Of a DNA stretch of 64,000 nt, positions 10,059-20,810 are shown one piece after another. Position numbers and translations under genes: made by a program. Source of the stretch: an uncultured Candidatus Saccharibacteria bacterium (lineage in GTDB: Bacteria; Patescibacteriota; Doudnabacteria; UBA920; VMFF01). The stretch's first letter is position 1. Every line of letters begins with the position of its first letter. The stretch is from NCBI GenBank assembly GCA_964364285.1, contig CAYIKZ010000002.1:3800-67799 (forward strand), written 5' to 3'. Under the pieces are notes generated by a model. It ran no database searches. It had not been told where the DNA came from and saw only the letters and a list, made by a program, of their open reading frames with translations.

Positions 10059-10790
10059 ATGAATGGAAAAAAGCCCCAAAACATTACTCCCAGACAAGCT
10101 AAGATATTAGCCGCTATTGTTAGGGAGTATTCAAATACCCCAGAACCAGTTAGTTCAGAGGATATAAGCGTGAAATATAGGTTGGATATATCCTCAGCAA
10201 CCATCCGTAATGAAATGATGGCCTTAGAAAGAAACGGATACATCCAACAGCCACATACATCATCAGGAAGAGTACCGACTGATCTTGGGTATAGATATTT
10301 CGTAAAAGAGCTGATGAAGCGTTTTGAGCTTTCATTAAAAGAACAAATCTCTTTAAGAGAACAGCTTGGTAGGTTACAACAACAGACTCATGAAATAGGG
10401 AAAAACATCGCAAGATTACTTGCTGAAAAAACAGATCAAGCCGCATTCGCGCTTTTACCAGAAGAAAATTCAGCTAGCGGTCTTTCAAACATCTTGCAAC
10501 ATCCGAGGTTTGATAAAAGAGACGTTGTAGAAGTAGTTCAGTTCTTTGAGGATATCGATGAATATGCTGATCAGATGTTGAGCGATTTCTTTAAAGAACA
10601 ACCATCAGCGTTAATTGGTAAAGAACATCATCTGGCGCCAATAAAGAACTACTCATTAATTGTTTCTAAAGTTGAACTACCAACAGGAGAGCGTGGATTA
10701 ATTGGTATAGTCGGACCAAAATCAATGCGATATGACAAAAATATTAGTTTAGTTGAATATTTTGCAAAATACTTAAGCACAGGAGAATAA
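10059..10790 (+). CDS. hrcA: Heat-inducible transcription repressor HrcA (short form)
   Basis: SSATIRNEM, QPHTSSGRVPTDLGYR and GIVGPKSMRY; upstream CIRCEs. Confidence 0.95.
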   Translation: MNGKKPQNITPRQAKILAAIVREYSNTPEPVSSEDISVKYRLDISSATIRNEMMALERNGYIQQPHTSSGRVPTDLGYRYFVKELMKRFELSLKEQISLREQLGRLQQQTHEIGKNIARLLAEKTDQAAFALLPEENSASGLSNILQHPRFDKRDVVEVVQFFEDIDEYADQMLSDFFKEQPSALIGKEHHLAPIKNYSLIVSKVELPTGERGLIGIVGPKSMRYDKNISLVEYFAKYLSTGE

Positions 10791-10792
10791 CT

Positions 10793-11308
10793 ATGGACGA
10801 ACAACAAATATCAGAAACCAGCAGCGGAGATATAACAATAGAGCAGCTGCAAGCAGAGCTTTCAGAAGCCCTTAAACAAGCAGAAGAAAATCTTTCTGGA
10901 TGGAAACGAACACAGGCTGATCTAGAAAACTACAGAAAGAAAAAAGAAGCAGAGGGAACAGAGCTAGTTCAGTTTGGGAGACAAGCAGGTTTTGTTCAGA
11001 TACTCCCAGTTCTTGATTCCCTAGAAATGGCAATACTACACGCACCAGAGATTGAGGATGAAAAGTACAAGAATTTCAAAAATGGTTTAGATGGAATAGT
11101 TAAACAAATAGACGCAGCAATAGTTGCAATGGGTATATCAAAGATAGAAGCAGTTGGAAAAAAGTTTGATCCAAACCTGCATGAAGCTATAAAAGAAGTG
11201 GTTGGAGAAGAAGATGGTTTAGTAGTTGAACAATATCAAACCGGATACACACTTCAAGGAAAACTTTTAAGACCAGCGCAAGTATCAATATCAAAAAAGA
11301 ATATTTAG
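10793..11308 (+). CDS. grpE: Nucleotide exchange factor GrpE
   Basis: [16 protein letters not shown] and [14 protein letters not shown]. Confidence 0.96.
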   Translation: MDEQQISETSSGDITIEQLQAELSEALKQAEENLSGWKRTQADLENYRKKKEAEGTELVQFGRQAGFVQILPVLDSLEMAILHAPEIEDEKYKNFKNGLDGIVKQIDAAIVAMGISKIEAVGKKFDPNLHEAIKEVVGEEDGLVVEQYQTGYTLQGKLLRPAQVSISKKNI

Positions 11309-11331
11309 TAATAACATTAAGAAAGGAACAT

Positions 11332-13155
11332 ATGGCAAAAATAATCGGAATAGACTTAGGAACATCAAACTCTGCAGCTTCAGTGATGGAAGGTGGAAAG
11401 CCTGTAATTATTCCATCAGCAGAAGGAAACAGTATTGCTGGTAAAGCATTCCCTTCATACGTCGCATTTACAAAAGAAGGGCAGCTTTTAGTTGGTGAAC
11501 CTGCAAGAAGACAAGCAGTTACTAACCCAGAAGGAACTGTTTTTGAAGCAAAAAGAAAAATGGGTACTAGCTTTAAGTATTCATTAAACGGAAAAGAATA
11601 CACTCCAGAACAAATTTCTGCGTTCATCTTACAAAAGATTAAAAAGGATGCTGAAAGCTATGCTGGAGGAGCAATTTCTCAAGCAGTTATTACAGTCCCT
11701 GCTTACTTTGATGATGCTCAAAGACAAGCAACAAAAAATGCAGGAGAGATTGCTGGTTTAGAGGTTGTTAGAATAATCAACGAACCAACAGCAGCAGCCT
11801 TAGCTTACGGATTAGACAAAGTAGGACAAGAACAAAAAATCTTAGTCTTTGACCTTGGTGGTGGAACATTAGATGTTACAACAATGGACTTTGGCCAAGG
11901 AGTATTTGAAGTCATCTCAACATCTGGTGATACTCAACTTGGCGGTAAAGACATGGACTCTGCTGTAATCAACCACATCATAACTACATTCAAACAAGAA
12001 AGCGGTATTGATGTTTCAGCAGACAAAATGGCTTTAAACAGAGTTAGAGAAGCAGCAGAAAAAGCAAAGATTGAACTTTCTACAACAATGGAAACAGATT
12101 TAAACCTTCCTTTCATTACAGCTGATGCAAGTGGTCCAAAACATCTGACTATGAAAATAACCAGAGCGAAATTAGAGGAATTGGTTAAGCCAATCATTGA
12201 GAAATTAAGACATCCAATGGAGCAGGCAATTGCAGATGCAAAATTAACTCCTCACCAGATTGATAAAGTTATATTGGTTGGTGGACCTACTCGTATGCCT
12301 ATTGTACAGAAATTCGTTGAAGACTTTGTTGGTAAACAAGTAGAACGTGGTATTGATCCAATGGAAGCAGTTGCAAAAGGAGCTGCAATTCAGGCTGGTG
12401 TTTTAAGCGGTGAAGTGAAAGATATTCTTTTACTTGATGTTACTCCTTTAACGCTTGGTATTGAAACAATGGGTGGTATTAGAACACCATTAATTGATAG
12501 AAACACAACAGTTCCAACATCAAAGTCACAGGTATTTAGCACAGCTGCTGATAACCAGACATCTGTTGAGATAAACGTGTTGCAAGGGGAACGTGAATTT
12601 GCTAAAGACAACAAAACTCTAGGTAAATTCATACTAGACGGAATTCCACCAGCACCACGCGGTGTGCCACAAGTTGAAGTTGCTTTTGATATAGATGCAA
12701 ACGGTATCTTAACCGTTAAAGCAAAAGATAAAGCAAGCGGTAAAGAACAACACATCACAATTCAAGGTTCTTCAAACCTTTCAAAAGATGATATTGAAAG
12801 AATGAGAAAAGAAGCAGAAGAGCATGCTTCTGAAGACAAAAAGAGAAGAGAGACTGTTGAAATTCGGAACCAAGCAGATACCTTAATCTCTGTTTCTGAA
12901 AAGACTTTGAAAGATGCAGGAGACAAAGCATCAGAAGCAGACAGAAAAGATGCTCAGGAAAAACTAGACGCTCTAAAAAATATCAAAGACAAAGATGATA
13001 TTGATGCAATCAAAAAAGCCTTAGATGAGCTTTCCATATCAATTCAAAAGATTGGCGCTGCAATGTATCAGCAAACACCACCAGAACAAACCTCTGGTGC
13101 AGAACCTTCTGGTGAAAACAAAGAAGGACCAGTAGATGCTGAGGTTGTTAAATAA
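11332..13155 (+). CDS. dnaK: Chaperone DnaK
   Basis: [23 protein letters not shown] and DLGGGTLDV. Confidence 0.99.
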   Translation: MAKIIGIDLGTSNSAASVMEGGKPVIIPSAEGNSIAGKAFPSYVAFTKEGQLLVGEPARRQAVTNPEGTVFEAKRKMGTSFKYSLNGKEYTPEQISAFILQKIKKDAESYAGGAISQAVITVPAYFDDAQRQATKNAGEIAGLEVVRIINEPTAAALAYGLDKVGQEQKILVFDLGGGTLDVTTMDFGQGVFEVISTSGDTQLGGKDMDSAVINHIITTFKQESGIDVSADKMALNRVREAAEKAKIELSTTMETDLNLPFITADASGPKHLTMKITRAKLEELVKPIIEKLRHPMEQAIADAKLTPHQIDKVILVGGPTRMPIVQKFVEDFVGKQVERGIDPMEAVAKGAAIQAGVLSGEVKDILLLDVTPLTLGIETMGGIRTPLIDRNTTVPTSKSQVFSTAADNQTSVEINVLQGEREFAKDNKTLGKFILDGIPPAPRGVPQVEVAFDIDANGILTVKAKDKASGKEQHITIQGSSNLSKDDIERMRKEAEEHASEDKKRRETVEIRNQADTLISVSEKTLKDAGDKASEADRKDAQEKLDALKNIKDKDDIDAIKKALDELSISIQKIGAAMYQQTPPEQTSGAEPSGENKEGPVDAEVVK

Positions 13156-13169
13156 TTAAGAGAAAACAC

Positions 13170-13472
13170 ATGAACAATGAAAATAAACAGGATCAACAGA
13201 TCCAGGTAAAGATCACAGACGAGATCTTAAAAGGCGTCTATGCAAACACAATGCAAGTAAGCCACACTCCTGATGAATTTGTTCTTGATTTCATGAACAT
13301 ATTTACAGCAAACGGAGTTGGTATAGTTACTTCAAAAGTAATTGTATCTCCAGCACACTACAAAAGAGTGTTAGCTGCAATGCAACAGAACTTAAAGCTC
13401 TTCGAAGATAAATTTGGTACAATAAAGCATGTTGATACGCCAGAGCCAAAGATTGGATTTAAGGCAGAATAA
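13170..13472 (+). CDS. DUF3467-like small protein
   Basis: GVYAN...HTPDEFVLDF...VIVSPAHYKR...FEDKFGTI pattern. Confidence 0.8.
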   Translation: MNNENKQDQQIQVKITDEILKGVYANTMQVSHTPDEFVLDFMNIFTANGVGIVTSKVIVSPAHYKRVLAAMQQNLKLFEDKFGTIKHVDTPEPKIGFKAE

Positions 13473-13485
13473 CTAAAACAAAAAA

Positions 13486-14370
13486 ATGAAACTAAAAAAA
13501 CTCTTTCTAAGTTTTGGAGCAGTAATATTCTCAGGTTTGGGTTGGTATCTATTCTCTCAAATCTTTGATGGAAGTAATATTTTCCAAGGCAATAGCTGGA
13601 ATTGGTTTGGTTTCGTTTTTAGTATCGCCTTAGCTTATGCTTTCAGCTTCTTAATAGCAGCAACCAGAGATCGTTTTGATTTTGAGGTTACTTCATTACT
13701 TTCAGTTCTTTGGATCCCTGTATTCTTAGGAACAACAGGAAGAAACATCATAGCAGCAATCGTGCTTTTTCTTTTCTCCCAAGCACTGTTAGAGTTTGCA
13801 AGCGCATTGGAACACTCGATAGACCTAAACTATTTTTCAACAGCATATTCAAAAATAGCTTTAGTTATCATTGCATTACTTGCGATAACTTCAATATATT
13901 TTCAGGACCGAGTTGTTGCAAACGTTGGAAACACAGCAGTATCTCAAAAAGCGGTTGGAGCTATCTGGCCATATGTAAGTAAATATTTTAACCAGTACAA
14001 TACCAACGGAACAGTTAATGAATTTTTAGCCTCTGAGTTTACACAGCAAGGCGTTCAACAACCAACACCACAAATGATTGCTACAGCAAGAAATGAACTT
14101 TCTAAACAACTTAACCTAAACTTAAACGGGAAAGAAAGCATGTCTGCTTTGGGTGAAGACTTTGTTGCAAATCAGTTTAATAGTTTCCTTCAAGAATATC
14201 ACATTGAAAAATCGGGTATATACGTCATCTTCCTTTCACTTCTTGTTCTTTGGCCGATTGGAAGACTACTCTTCGCTCTAATTGCGTTATTAATATTTAA
14301 GATCTTTGAAAGTTCGGGATTAATTAAAATTAGAGAAACTCAGGTTACAGCAAAAACCCTTCAGATATAA
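13486..14370 (+). CDS. Hypothetical multi-pass membrane protein
   Basis: 294 aa with several hydrophobic helices, within the dnaK-dnaJ operon. Confidence 0.75.
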   Translation: MKLKKLFLSFGAVIFSGLGWYLFSQIFDGSNIFQGNSWNWFGFVFSIALAYAFSFLIAATRDRFDFEVTSLLSVLWIPVFLGTTGRNIIAAIVLFLFSQALLEFASALEHSIDLNYFSTAYSKIALVIIALLAITSIYFQDRVVANVGNTAVSQKAVGAIWPYVSKYFNQYNTNGTVNEFLASEFTQQGVQQPTPQMIATARNELSKQLNLNLNGKESMSALGEDFVANQFNSFLQEYHIEKSGIYVIFLSLLVLWPIGRLLFALIALLIFKIFESSGLIKIRETQVTAKTLQI

Positions 14371-14375
14371 CAAGT

Positions 14376-15437
14376 ATGGCAAAAAACTACTATGACATTC
14401 TAGGCATCAGCAAAACAGCAAGTGCAGATGAAATTAAACGGGCATATAGAAAGTTAGCCTCAGAACACCATCCTGACATGGGAGGTAGTTCAGATCGCTT
14501 CAAAGAATTAAATGATGCATATCAGGTTTTGTCTGATTCAGGAAAACGTTCTCAGTATGACCGGTATGGTCAAACATTTGATCAAGCCCAAAGACAGGGC
14601 GGTTTTTCAGGTAATCCATTTGGTGACTTTGAAGGAAACTTTAACAATGCTGGTTTTGGTTTTGAAGATATTCTTTCAAGCATGTTTGGTGGAGAAGACA
14701 CACAAGCAAGGAATCGCGGTATTGATTTAGAAATGCCCCTAAGAATTTCGTTTAAAGAAGCAGTCTTTGGTGTTGAAAAAGAAATTGCCATTGAAAAGAA
14801 AAACCCTTGTGCTAAATGTAATGGGAGTGGGGCAGAACCTGGAAGCAAGATTAACACATGTCCAAAATGTCATGGGCAAGGACAGATAAAGACGCAGAGA
14901 AGAACAATCTTTGGAACAATGGCAACCTCAACAGCCTGCGATCGTTGTGAAGGAACAGGAAAAGTTCCTGAAAAACCTTGTGCTGAATGCAAAGGCATTG
15001 GATTAAAGAGAGGAAGAAAAATAATCAAGGTTTCAATTCCAGCAGGAATTGACGATGGACAGAGAATACGAGTTAGAGGAGAAGGAGAGCAAGGATACCG
15101 TGGTTCAGCTGTCGGTGATCTATATATTCAAATAGAGGTTCAGGGAAGCAAAGACTTTGTTAGAAAAGGTTTTGATCTTTTCAAAGAAGAAACAATTTCA
15201 TTTCCTCAAGCAGCGCTTGGAATGACTTTAGAAACAGAAACCATTGATGGAAGCGTGAGGATAAAGATACCAGGAGGAACACAATCAGGAAAGGTTTTTA
15301 GGATATCCGATATTGGTGTTCCGCATTTAAATCATTCTGGCAGAGGAGATATGTATGTAACAGTCAAAGTTCATACTCCTGAAAAATTAAGCAAGAAACA
15401 AAAAGAGCTACTTAAACAATTAGAAGAGGTTGAATAA
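14376..15437 (+). CDS. dnaJ: Chaperone DnaJ
   Basis: J-domain HPD motif, G/F region and four CxxCxGxG repeats. Confidence 0.98.
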   Translation: MAKNYYDILGISKTASADEIKRAYRKLASEHHPDMGGSSDRFKELNDAYQVLSDSGKRSQYDRYGQTFDQAQRQGGFSGNPFGDFEGNFNNAGFGFEDILSSMFGGEDTQARNRGIDLEMPLRISFKEAVFGVEKEIAIEKKNPCAKCNGSGAEPGSKINTCPKCHGQGQIKTQRRTIFGTMATSTACDRCEGTGKVPEKPCAECKGIGLKRGRKIIKVSIPAGIDDGQRIRVRGEGEQGYRGSAVGDLYIQIEVQGSKDFVRKGFDLFKEETISFPQAALGMTLETETIDGSVRIKIPGGTQSGKVFRISDIGVPHLNHSGRGDMYVTVKVHTPEKLSKKQKELLKQLEEVE

Positions 15438-15506
15438 AACAGGCGGAGTTTAGTTTGGGTTTAAGTATGGTATAATTAGAGAAACAAAATAGAGTAAAGA
15501 AACAAA

Positions 15507-16046
15507 ATGCCACAAGATTATAATTCGCTTTTAAACAGTGTTAACTTCCAAAACCCCAGCTGGGATGCTTTTATCTTCTTCTTTTGGGCCATAGTGGCTG
15601 TCATATACAGCTTTTCAGCTGGTAGAGGAAGAATAATTAGCATATTAGTTGCTGTTTACATGTCTGAACTGTTGGTAATTCAGGCCCCTTTCTTAAGCAC
15701 AGCAGTAGGGGATCAGTTTGGTTTAGCTTTGTATTTAGGTCGTTTAATCACATTTCTAGTTTTGTTTGGTTTTTTCTTCCTTGTTCTTTCAAAGTTTGTT
15801 TTCAGAACCTCTGTGGAAAATCGTCGTTGGGGTTCATGGGTATTTTCCCTTATCTTCGCTGTCTTACAGGTCGGTTTTTTAATCAGTGTTATTCTTTCAT
15901 TCTTACCCCCTGAAGTTAAAACGACGTTCGCACCACTTGTAAAGTTTGTTTTCATTTCAGAAACAGCAAATTTTGTTTGGTTGCTTCTGCCGATCGCTTT
16001 CTTAGTGTTCGTGGGTAGGCACATCTCAGACCACAGACTAGAGTAA
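15507..16046 (+). CDS. Membrane protein (CvpA/colicin V production-like)
   Basis: 179 aa with 4-5 TM helices; family assignment tentative. Confidence 0.6.
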   Translation: MPQDYNSLLNSVNFQNPSWDAFIFFFWAIVAVIYSFSAGRGRIISILVAVYMSELLVIQAPFLSTAVGDQFGLALYLGRLITFLVLFGFFFLVLSKFVFRTSVENRRWGSWVFSLIFAVLQVGFLISVILSFLPPEVKTTFAPLVKFVFISETANFVWLLLPIAFLVFVGRHISDHRLE

Positions 16047-16090
16047 AGAAAAAAGCCAAATTAAAAATCCCGGTTTGCGGGATTTTTCTA

Positions 16091-16166
16091 TGGTGGGTCG
16101 GGTGGGGATCGAACCCACGACAAACGGCTTAAAAGGCCGCTGCTCTACCAACTGAGCTACCGACCC
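16091..16166 (-). tRNA. tRNA-Lys(TTT)
   Basis: Reverse complement GGGTCGGTAGCTCAGTTGGTAGAGCA GCGGC-CTTTTAA-GCCGT ... GGTTCGATCCC...ACCA. Confidence 0.96.
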
Positions 16167-16242
16167 GCAAGCTTTGCGAGTCAAAATTGATTTAACTTCC
16201 GTATTTTACAATATATATCAGAAAAATTCAAGGTACTTAAAG

Positions 16243-18045
16243 ATGTTCAAATATATTAAATTTCTTTCTAGCTACTTCCAAAAAGAGCGAAAAAACATCG
16301 TTTTGATTTTTGTATTAGTGATGCTTTCGCAAACCTTCTCTTTGGCAGAGCCGGTGTTCTACACTAGAATTTTAGATCGATTCTTAAGAGATTCACATAA
16401 TTTAACAAAGTTTCCAACAGAACACGCTTTCTTCGTAGCTTTAGGGATTACAGTTCTTGCTTGGATAGGTTCTGCTTTTGCAGCACGAATATTTAAAAAC
16501 CTGCAACAATATTATGTTAATACAGTAAGTGACAGAATTGGAATAAATGTTTTTAACCACGCGTATGAACATGTAATATCACTTCCAATTCAATTCCATG
16601 CAAACCAGAAAACAGGAGAGGTCTTTAGAAAAATATCAAAAGCTAGAGAAGACATTACAACACTTTTTAGCGTTGCTTTTGACAAGATCTTTCAAAACGT
16701 GTTTTCAATATCCATTGTCCTCATATATATCTTCATCAGAGAATGGAGAGTCGGTGTAATCGCCGTTATTCTAGTTCCTGTGTTCATAATAGCAACATCT
16801 TTTTTCACAAAAAGAGTTAAAAAAATACAGGAAGAGATAAACAAGAGGAACGAGAAACTTTTTGGAACATCATTTGAAGCGTTAAACCACATTGAGGTTG
16901 TTAAATCCTTTGCTTCAGAAGAACACGAAATTAATCAGATTAAAGAAGACAACAAAGTAACTCACGACAATGTTAAAAAGAAAACCATAGCATACCAGCA
17001 GCTTTTCTTTGTTCAGGGAACAATTGTAAACCTTGCAAGAGTTTCCTTAATTTGGTTTGGTTCTGTTCTTGCATTCAAAGGAGTACTAACCTTTGCAGAT
17101 GTCATTCTTTTTGGAGTGTATTCATTCGTCATATATCAACCTCTCTATGATCTTGGAGATATTTATGCTAAATACCAGGAAGGTGTTAGTGCTGTTGATC
17201 GTTTACAAACGTTGCTTTCTGAAAAAGCAACAATTTTTTCAAAGCCAAATGCTTTGAAACCAAAAAAGCTTCAGGGAAAAGTTGAGTTTAAAAATGTTTC
17301 CTTTAACTACAATCAAGAGCGTGAGATATTAAAAGATGTTTCTTTCAAAGTTGAACCAGGAAAGAAGTTAGCAATCGTTGGATTTTCAGGCAGTGGTAAA
17401 TCTACAATAGTTAAGTTATTACTTCGTTTCTATGAACCAACAACAGGCGAGATTTTAATTGATGGTAAAAACATTGCCGATTACAATCTTCAAGCACTTC
17501 ACAAAAGAATTGGTTTAGTTTTGCAAGACAACATTCTTTTCAACACCACGCTATCAGAAAATATTCGTTACGGAACATTCAAAGCAAGTGATACTGAGGT
17601 CGAAGCTTCAGCAAACAGGGCATACCTTTCCCCTTTCCTTAAAAAACTTAGTTCAGGTTTAGAAACTTTAGTAGGTGAAAGAGGAGTTAAGCTTTCTGGT
17701 GGTGAAAGACAACGCGTTGCAATCGCTAGAAGTATTATTAAAAAACCTGACATCTTAATTTTTGATGAAGCAACGTCTTCCTTAGATTCGCATTCAGAAG
17801 AAATGATAAAAGAAGCAATCTCAGATGTTTCTAAAGATGTAACTACAATAACTGTGGCACATCGTTTCTCAACAGTTGTTAATGCAGATGAGATTATTCT
17901 TCTAGAAGCAGGGGAAATAAAGGAGAGAGGGAATCATGAGGCATTACTTGCGAAACACGGCAAATACGCGAGTTTGTATCAACTTCAAACACAGCGACAA
18001 ACTGAGGATTTTTACAGTCCCAGCTCAATTGACAAAATTGCGTAA
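16243..18045 (+). CDS. ABC exporter, fused TMD + ATPase (MsbA/ATM1-like)
   Basis: N-terminal TM domain, Walker [26 protein letters not shown]. Start set at MFKYIKF. Confidence 0.92.
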   Translation: MFKYIKFLSSYFQKERKNIVLIFVLVMLSQTFSLAEPVFYTRILDRFLRDSHNLTKFPTEHAFFVALGITVLAWIGSAFAARIFKNLQQYYVNTVSDRIGINVFNHAYEHVISLPIQFHANQKTGEVFRKISKAREDITTLFSVAFDKIFQNVFSISIVLIYIFIREWRVGVIAVILVPVFIIATSFFTKRVKKIQEEINKRNEKLFGTSFEALNHIEVVKSFASEEHEINQIKEDNKVTHDNVKKKTIAYQQLFFVQGTIVNLARVSLIWFGSVLAFKGVLTFADVILFGVYSFVIYQPLYDLGDIYAKYQEGVSAVDRLQTLLSEKATIFSKPNALKPKKLQGKVEFKNVSFNYNQEREILKDVSFKVEPGKKLAIVGFSGSGKSTIVKLLLRFYEPTTGEILIDGKNIADYNLQALHKRIGLVLQDNILFNTTLSENIRYGTFKASDTEVEASANRAYLSPFLKKLSSGLETLVGERGVKLSGGERQRVAIARSIIKKPDILIFDEATSSLDSHSEEMIKEAISDVSKDVTTITVAHRFSTVVNADEIILLEAGEIKERGNHEALLAKHGKYASLYQLQTQRQTEDFYSPSSIDKIA

Positions 18046-18083
18046 GTTGGTTAATATGTTAGGTACTAACATATCTAAAAACA

Positions 18084-18539
18084 TTGAAATATAACAGGGA
18101 AGAACAAGTAAAGGTTTTTTTTGAAGAAATGGCCAAGCTACAAAGGCTCATGTTTTCTAAGAAAGATTCTTTTTTAACAAAGTACAAACTTAGCCGTCCG
18201 CAGATGGTTGTTATGTATTTCATTTCAGAAGGTGGATCTAAAACCATCAAAGACATTGCTGAGATAATGAACATATCAAGCAGTGCTGCAACGCAGATGA
18301 TAGAAGGACTAGTTAGAAATGGTTTCCTTGAAAGAGTCGTTCATCCAACAGATAGAAGGTCAGTACAGATTAGTATGTCTAAAATAGGGAAAAAGACATT
18401 TGATCAATTCAAGATTCAACACTTAAGACAAATGCAAAATCTTTTGGTGTCTTTAAGTGATGCAGAAATTGAACTCCTGTTAAAGATCCCTGCAAAGATT
18501 TTAAAACAATTAGAAAACTTAAAAGTAAGAAATAATTAA
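18084..18539 (+). CDS. MarR family transcriptional regulator
   Basis: wHTH ISSSAATQMIEGLVRNGFLER...DRR. Confidence 0.9.
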   Translation: MKYNREEQVKVFFEEMAKLQRLMFSKKDSFLTKYKLSRPQMVVMYFISEGGSKTIKDIAEIMNISSSAATQMIEGLVRNGFLERVVHPTDRRSVQISMSKIGKKTFDQFKIQHLRQMQNLLVSLSDAEIELLLKIPAKILKQLENLKVRNN

Positions 18540-18548
18540 GAGAAAGAA

Positions 18549-20099
18549 ATGAAAGAATTCATCAAAAGAAGAAAGTACTGGATTATTGGTGGAGTAATCT
18601 TGCTTTCGCTAATCATTTGGCGTGCAAATTCAGGTAATGGTCCTAAATACACCGTAGCTTACACAGTTGCTAAACAAGACATTAAACAAACCGTCTTAGC
18701 AACTGGAACCATAACTTCTCAATCAAACTTAAACTTAAGTTTTAAAAACGGCGGTATATTAAGTAAGATAAACGTTAAAGTTGGAGACAAAGTTAGAAAA
18801 GGTCAGGTGCTAGCGATGCTTGATCAGCGTGATGCAAGCGCATCATTAAACCAAGCAAGGGCATCTGTGCTTTCAGCACAAGCAAACTATCAGAAAGTTA
18901 AAAGTGGTGCTTCTCAACCAGAAATTGCAGTTGCGCAAGCTTCTGTTGTTGCTGCTGAAGTAACTTACAAAAATGCCCAGAATACATACACTGCAACTGA
19001 ATCTCAACAGAAAAGTCTGGTTGCTTCTGCACAAGGAGCAATGCTTAACTCTGGATTGCAAGCAGTTGTTGAAAGCGGTTCAACAACAATTACAGGAACA
19101 GTTTCAGGAACATACACAGGAACAGAACAAGGTAGATACAGAGTAGTTATGGGTACAAGCGGATCAGGATTAACATACAATGTTTCAGGCTTAGAAGGAT
19201 ACTACGCTGAGTTTCAACGTGGTGTCCCAGCTAAAATAGGGAACAGAGGGTTGTATATAACCATCGGGACAAGTGGGACTTTAAACAGTGGCGATTCTTG
19301 GGTTATTGATGTTCCTAACACTCAATCTTCTACATACATCACAGCATCTAATTCATACCAGAGCGCTTTGCAAACTCAGAATCAAGCCTTAGTTACTGCT
19401 CAAAATGCTGTTGATTCAACACGCGTTGCTTTAACACAAGCTCAAGCAAACCTAAATCTAAAACAGTCTCTAGCAAGACCAGAGGATTTGGCTGCTGCTG
19501 ATGCGCAAGTTAAAACAGCACAAGCACAATTACAAGCAGCTCAGAATCAATACAGTAATAATATAATCACATCTCCAATAGATGGAACAGTAACTTCTGT
19601 TGATTTAAAGCTAGGAGAAAACGTTGCTCCGCAAAAAGCCGTTATTGTAGTCCTAGATCAGTCTTCTTTGCATGTTGAGTCTAATATATCTGAATCTTCA
19701 ATTGCGCTATTACAATCAGGTCAGAAAATAGACATGACAATGGATGCATTTGGTCCTGACAGACACTTTACAGGAGAAATTCTTTCAATAGATCCCGCAT
19801 CAACTGTTCTTTCTGGAGTCATAAACTACAGAGTAATCTCATCCATTCCACAAGATGTTGATATTAAACCAGGGATGACAGTTAACCTAGTAATACTAGT
19901 TAACGAAAAGACTCAGGTCTTAGCAGTTCCAAACAGATTAGTTAAAAGCAACTCTCATAGATACGTAACAGTCTTAGAAAATGGAAATGTTAAGGAAATA
20001 GAAGTAACAATTGGTTTAAGTGGTGATTCATATACTGAAATTACAAGTGGGTTGTCTGGTGGGGAAGAAATAGTTACTACCATAGAACCAAAGAAATAA
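18549..20099 (+). CDS. Efflux membrane-fusion/periplasmic adaptor (MacA/HlyD-like) with inserted beta domain
   Basis: VKVGDKVRKGQVLA lipoyl half, long coiled coil, SPIDGTV, IKPGMT. Confidence 0.9.
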   Translation: MKEFIKRRKYWIIGGVILLSLIIWRANSGNGPKYTVAYTVAKQDIKQTVLATGTITSQSNLNLSFKNGGILSKINVKVGDKVRKGQVLAMLDQRDASASLNQARASVLSAQANYQKVKSGASQPEIAVAQASVVAAEVTYKNAQNTYTATESQQKSLVASAQGAMLNSGLQAVVESGSTTITGTVSGTYTGTEQGRYRVVMGTSGSGLTYNVSGLEGYYAEFQRGVPAKIGNRGLYITIGTSGTLNSGDSWVIDVPNTQSSTYITASNSYQSALQTQNQALVTAQNAVDSTRVALTQAQANLNLKQSLARPEDLAAADAQVKTAQAQLQAAQNQYSNNIITSPIDGTVTSVDLKLGENVAPQKAVIVVLDQSSLHVESNISESSIALLQSGQKIDMTMDAFGPDRHFTGEILSIDPASTVLSGVINYRVISSIPQDVDIKPGMTVNLVILVNEKTQVLAVPNRLVKSNSHRYVTVLENGNVKEIEVTIGLSGDSYTEITSGLSGGEEIVTTIEPKK

Positions 20100-20110
20100 C
20101 AGAGGAGAAC

Positions 20111-20809
20111 ATGACTTTAATTAGAATGGAGAAGATCAAAAAGATCTACAACAACGGAGAGGATAACCAAGTTGTTGCCTTAAAAGATATTGATCTTGAA
20201 ATAGAGCAAGGTGATTTCGTTGCCATCATGGGTCCTTCAGGATCAGGCAAATCAACACTAATGCATGTCATTGGTTTCTTAGACAAAGCAGATTCTGGAA
20301 ACTATTTCTTTGAAGACAAAAACGTTGTTACCTTAACAGATGATGAATTAGCAGAGATACGAAACAAAAGAGTTGGGTTTGTTTTTCAGGCTTTTAATCT
20401 TTTACCAAGAACATCAGCGCTTGATAACGTGGCGTTGCCAATGTTGTATGCAGCGAACTCAGATAAATCCAGCGCAGAACAACGTGCTTTAGAAATGCTT
20501 AAACAAGTTGATTTAGAAAGCAGAAAAGACCATCATCCATCAGAGCTTTCTGGTGGACAACAACAACGCGTTGCCATAGCAAGAGCTTTAGTTAATGATC
20601 CCGCGGTCATCTTTGCTGATGAACCAACGGGAAACCTAGACACCAAATCATCCGAAGAAGTGATGCGTATATTTAAGCGTTTAAATGATTCTGGAAGAAC
20701 CTTAATCTTCGTAACACATGAAGAAGATGTTGCCGCATACGCAAAAAGAATCATCCGATTAAAAGACGGTGCCATCATTTCAGACGAACTTAACAGGAAC
20801 AGAATATAA
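20111..20809 (+). CDS. ABC transporter ATP-binding protein (MacB/LolD-like)
   Basis: [24 protein letters not shown] and DEPTGNLD. Confidence 0.95.
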   Translation: MTLIRMEKIKKIYNNGEDNQVVALKDIDLEIEQGDFVAIMGPSGSGKSTLMHVIGFLDKADSGNYFFEDKNVVTLTDDELAEIRNKRVGFVFQAFNLLPRTSALDNVALPMLYAANSDKSSAEQRALEMLKQVDLESRKDHHPSELSGGQQQRVAIARALVNDPAVIFADEPTGNLDTKSSEEVMRIFKRLNDSGRTLIFVTHEEDVAAYAKRIIRLKDGAIISDELNRNRI

Positions 20810-20810
20810 T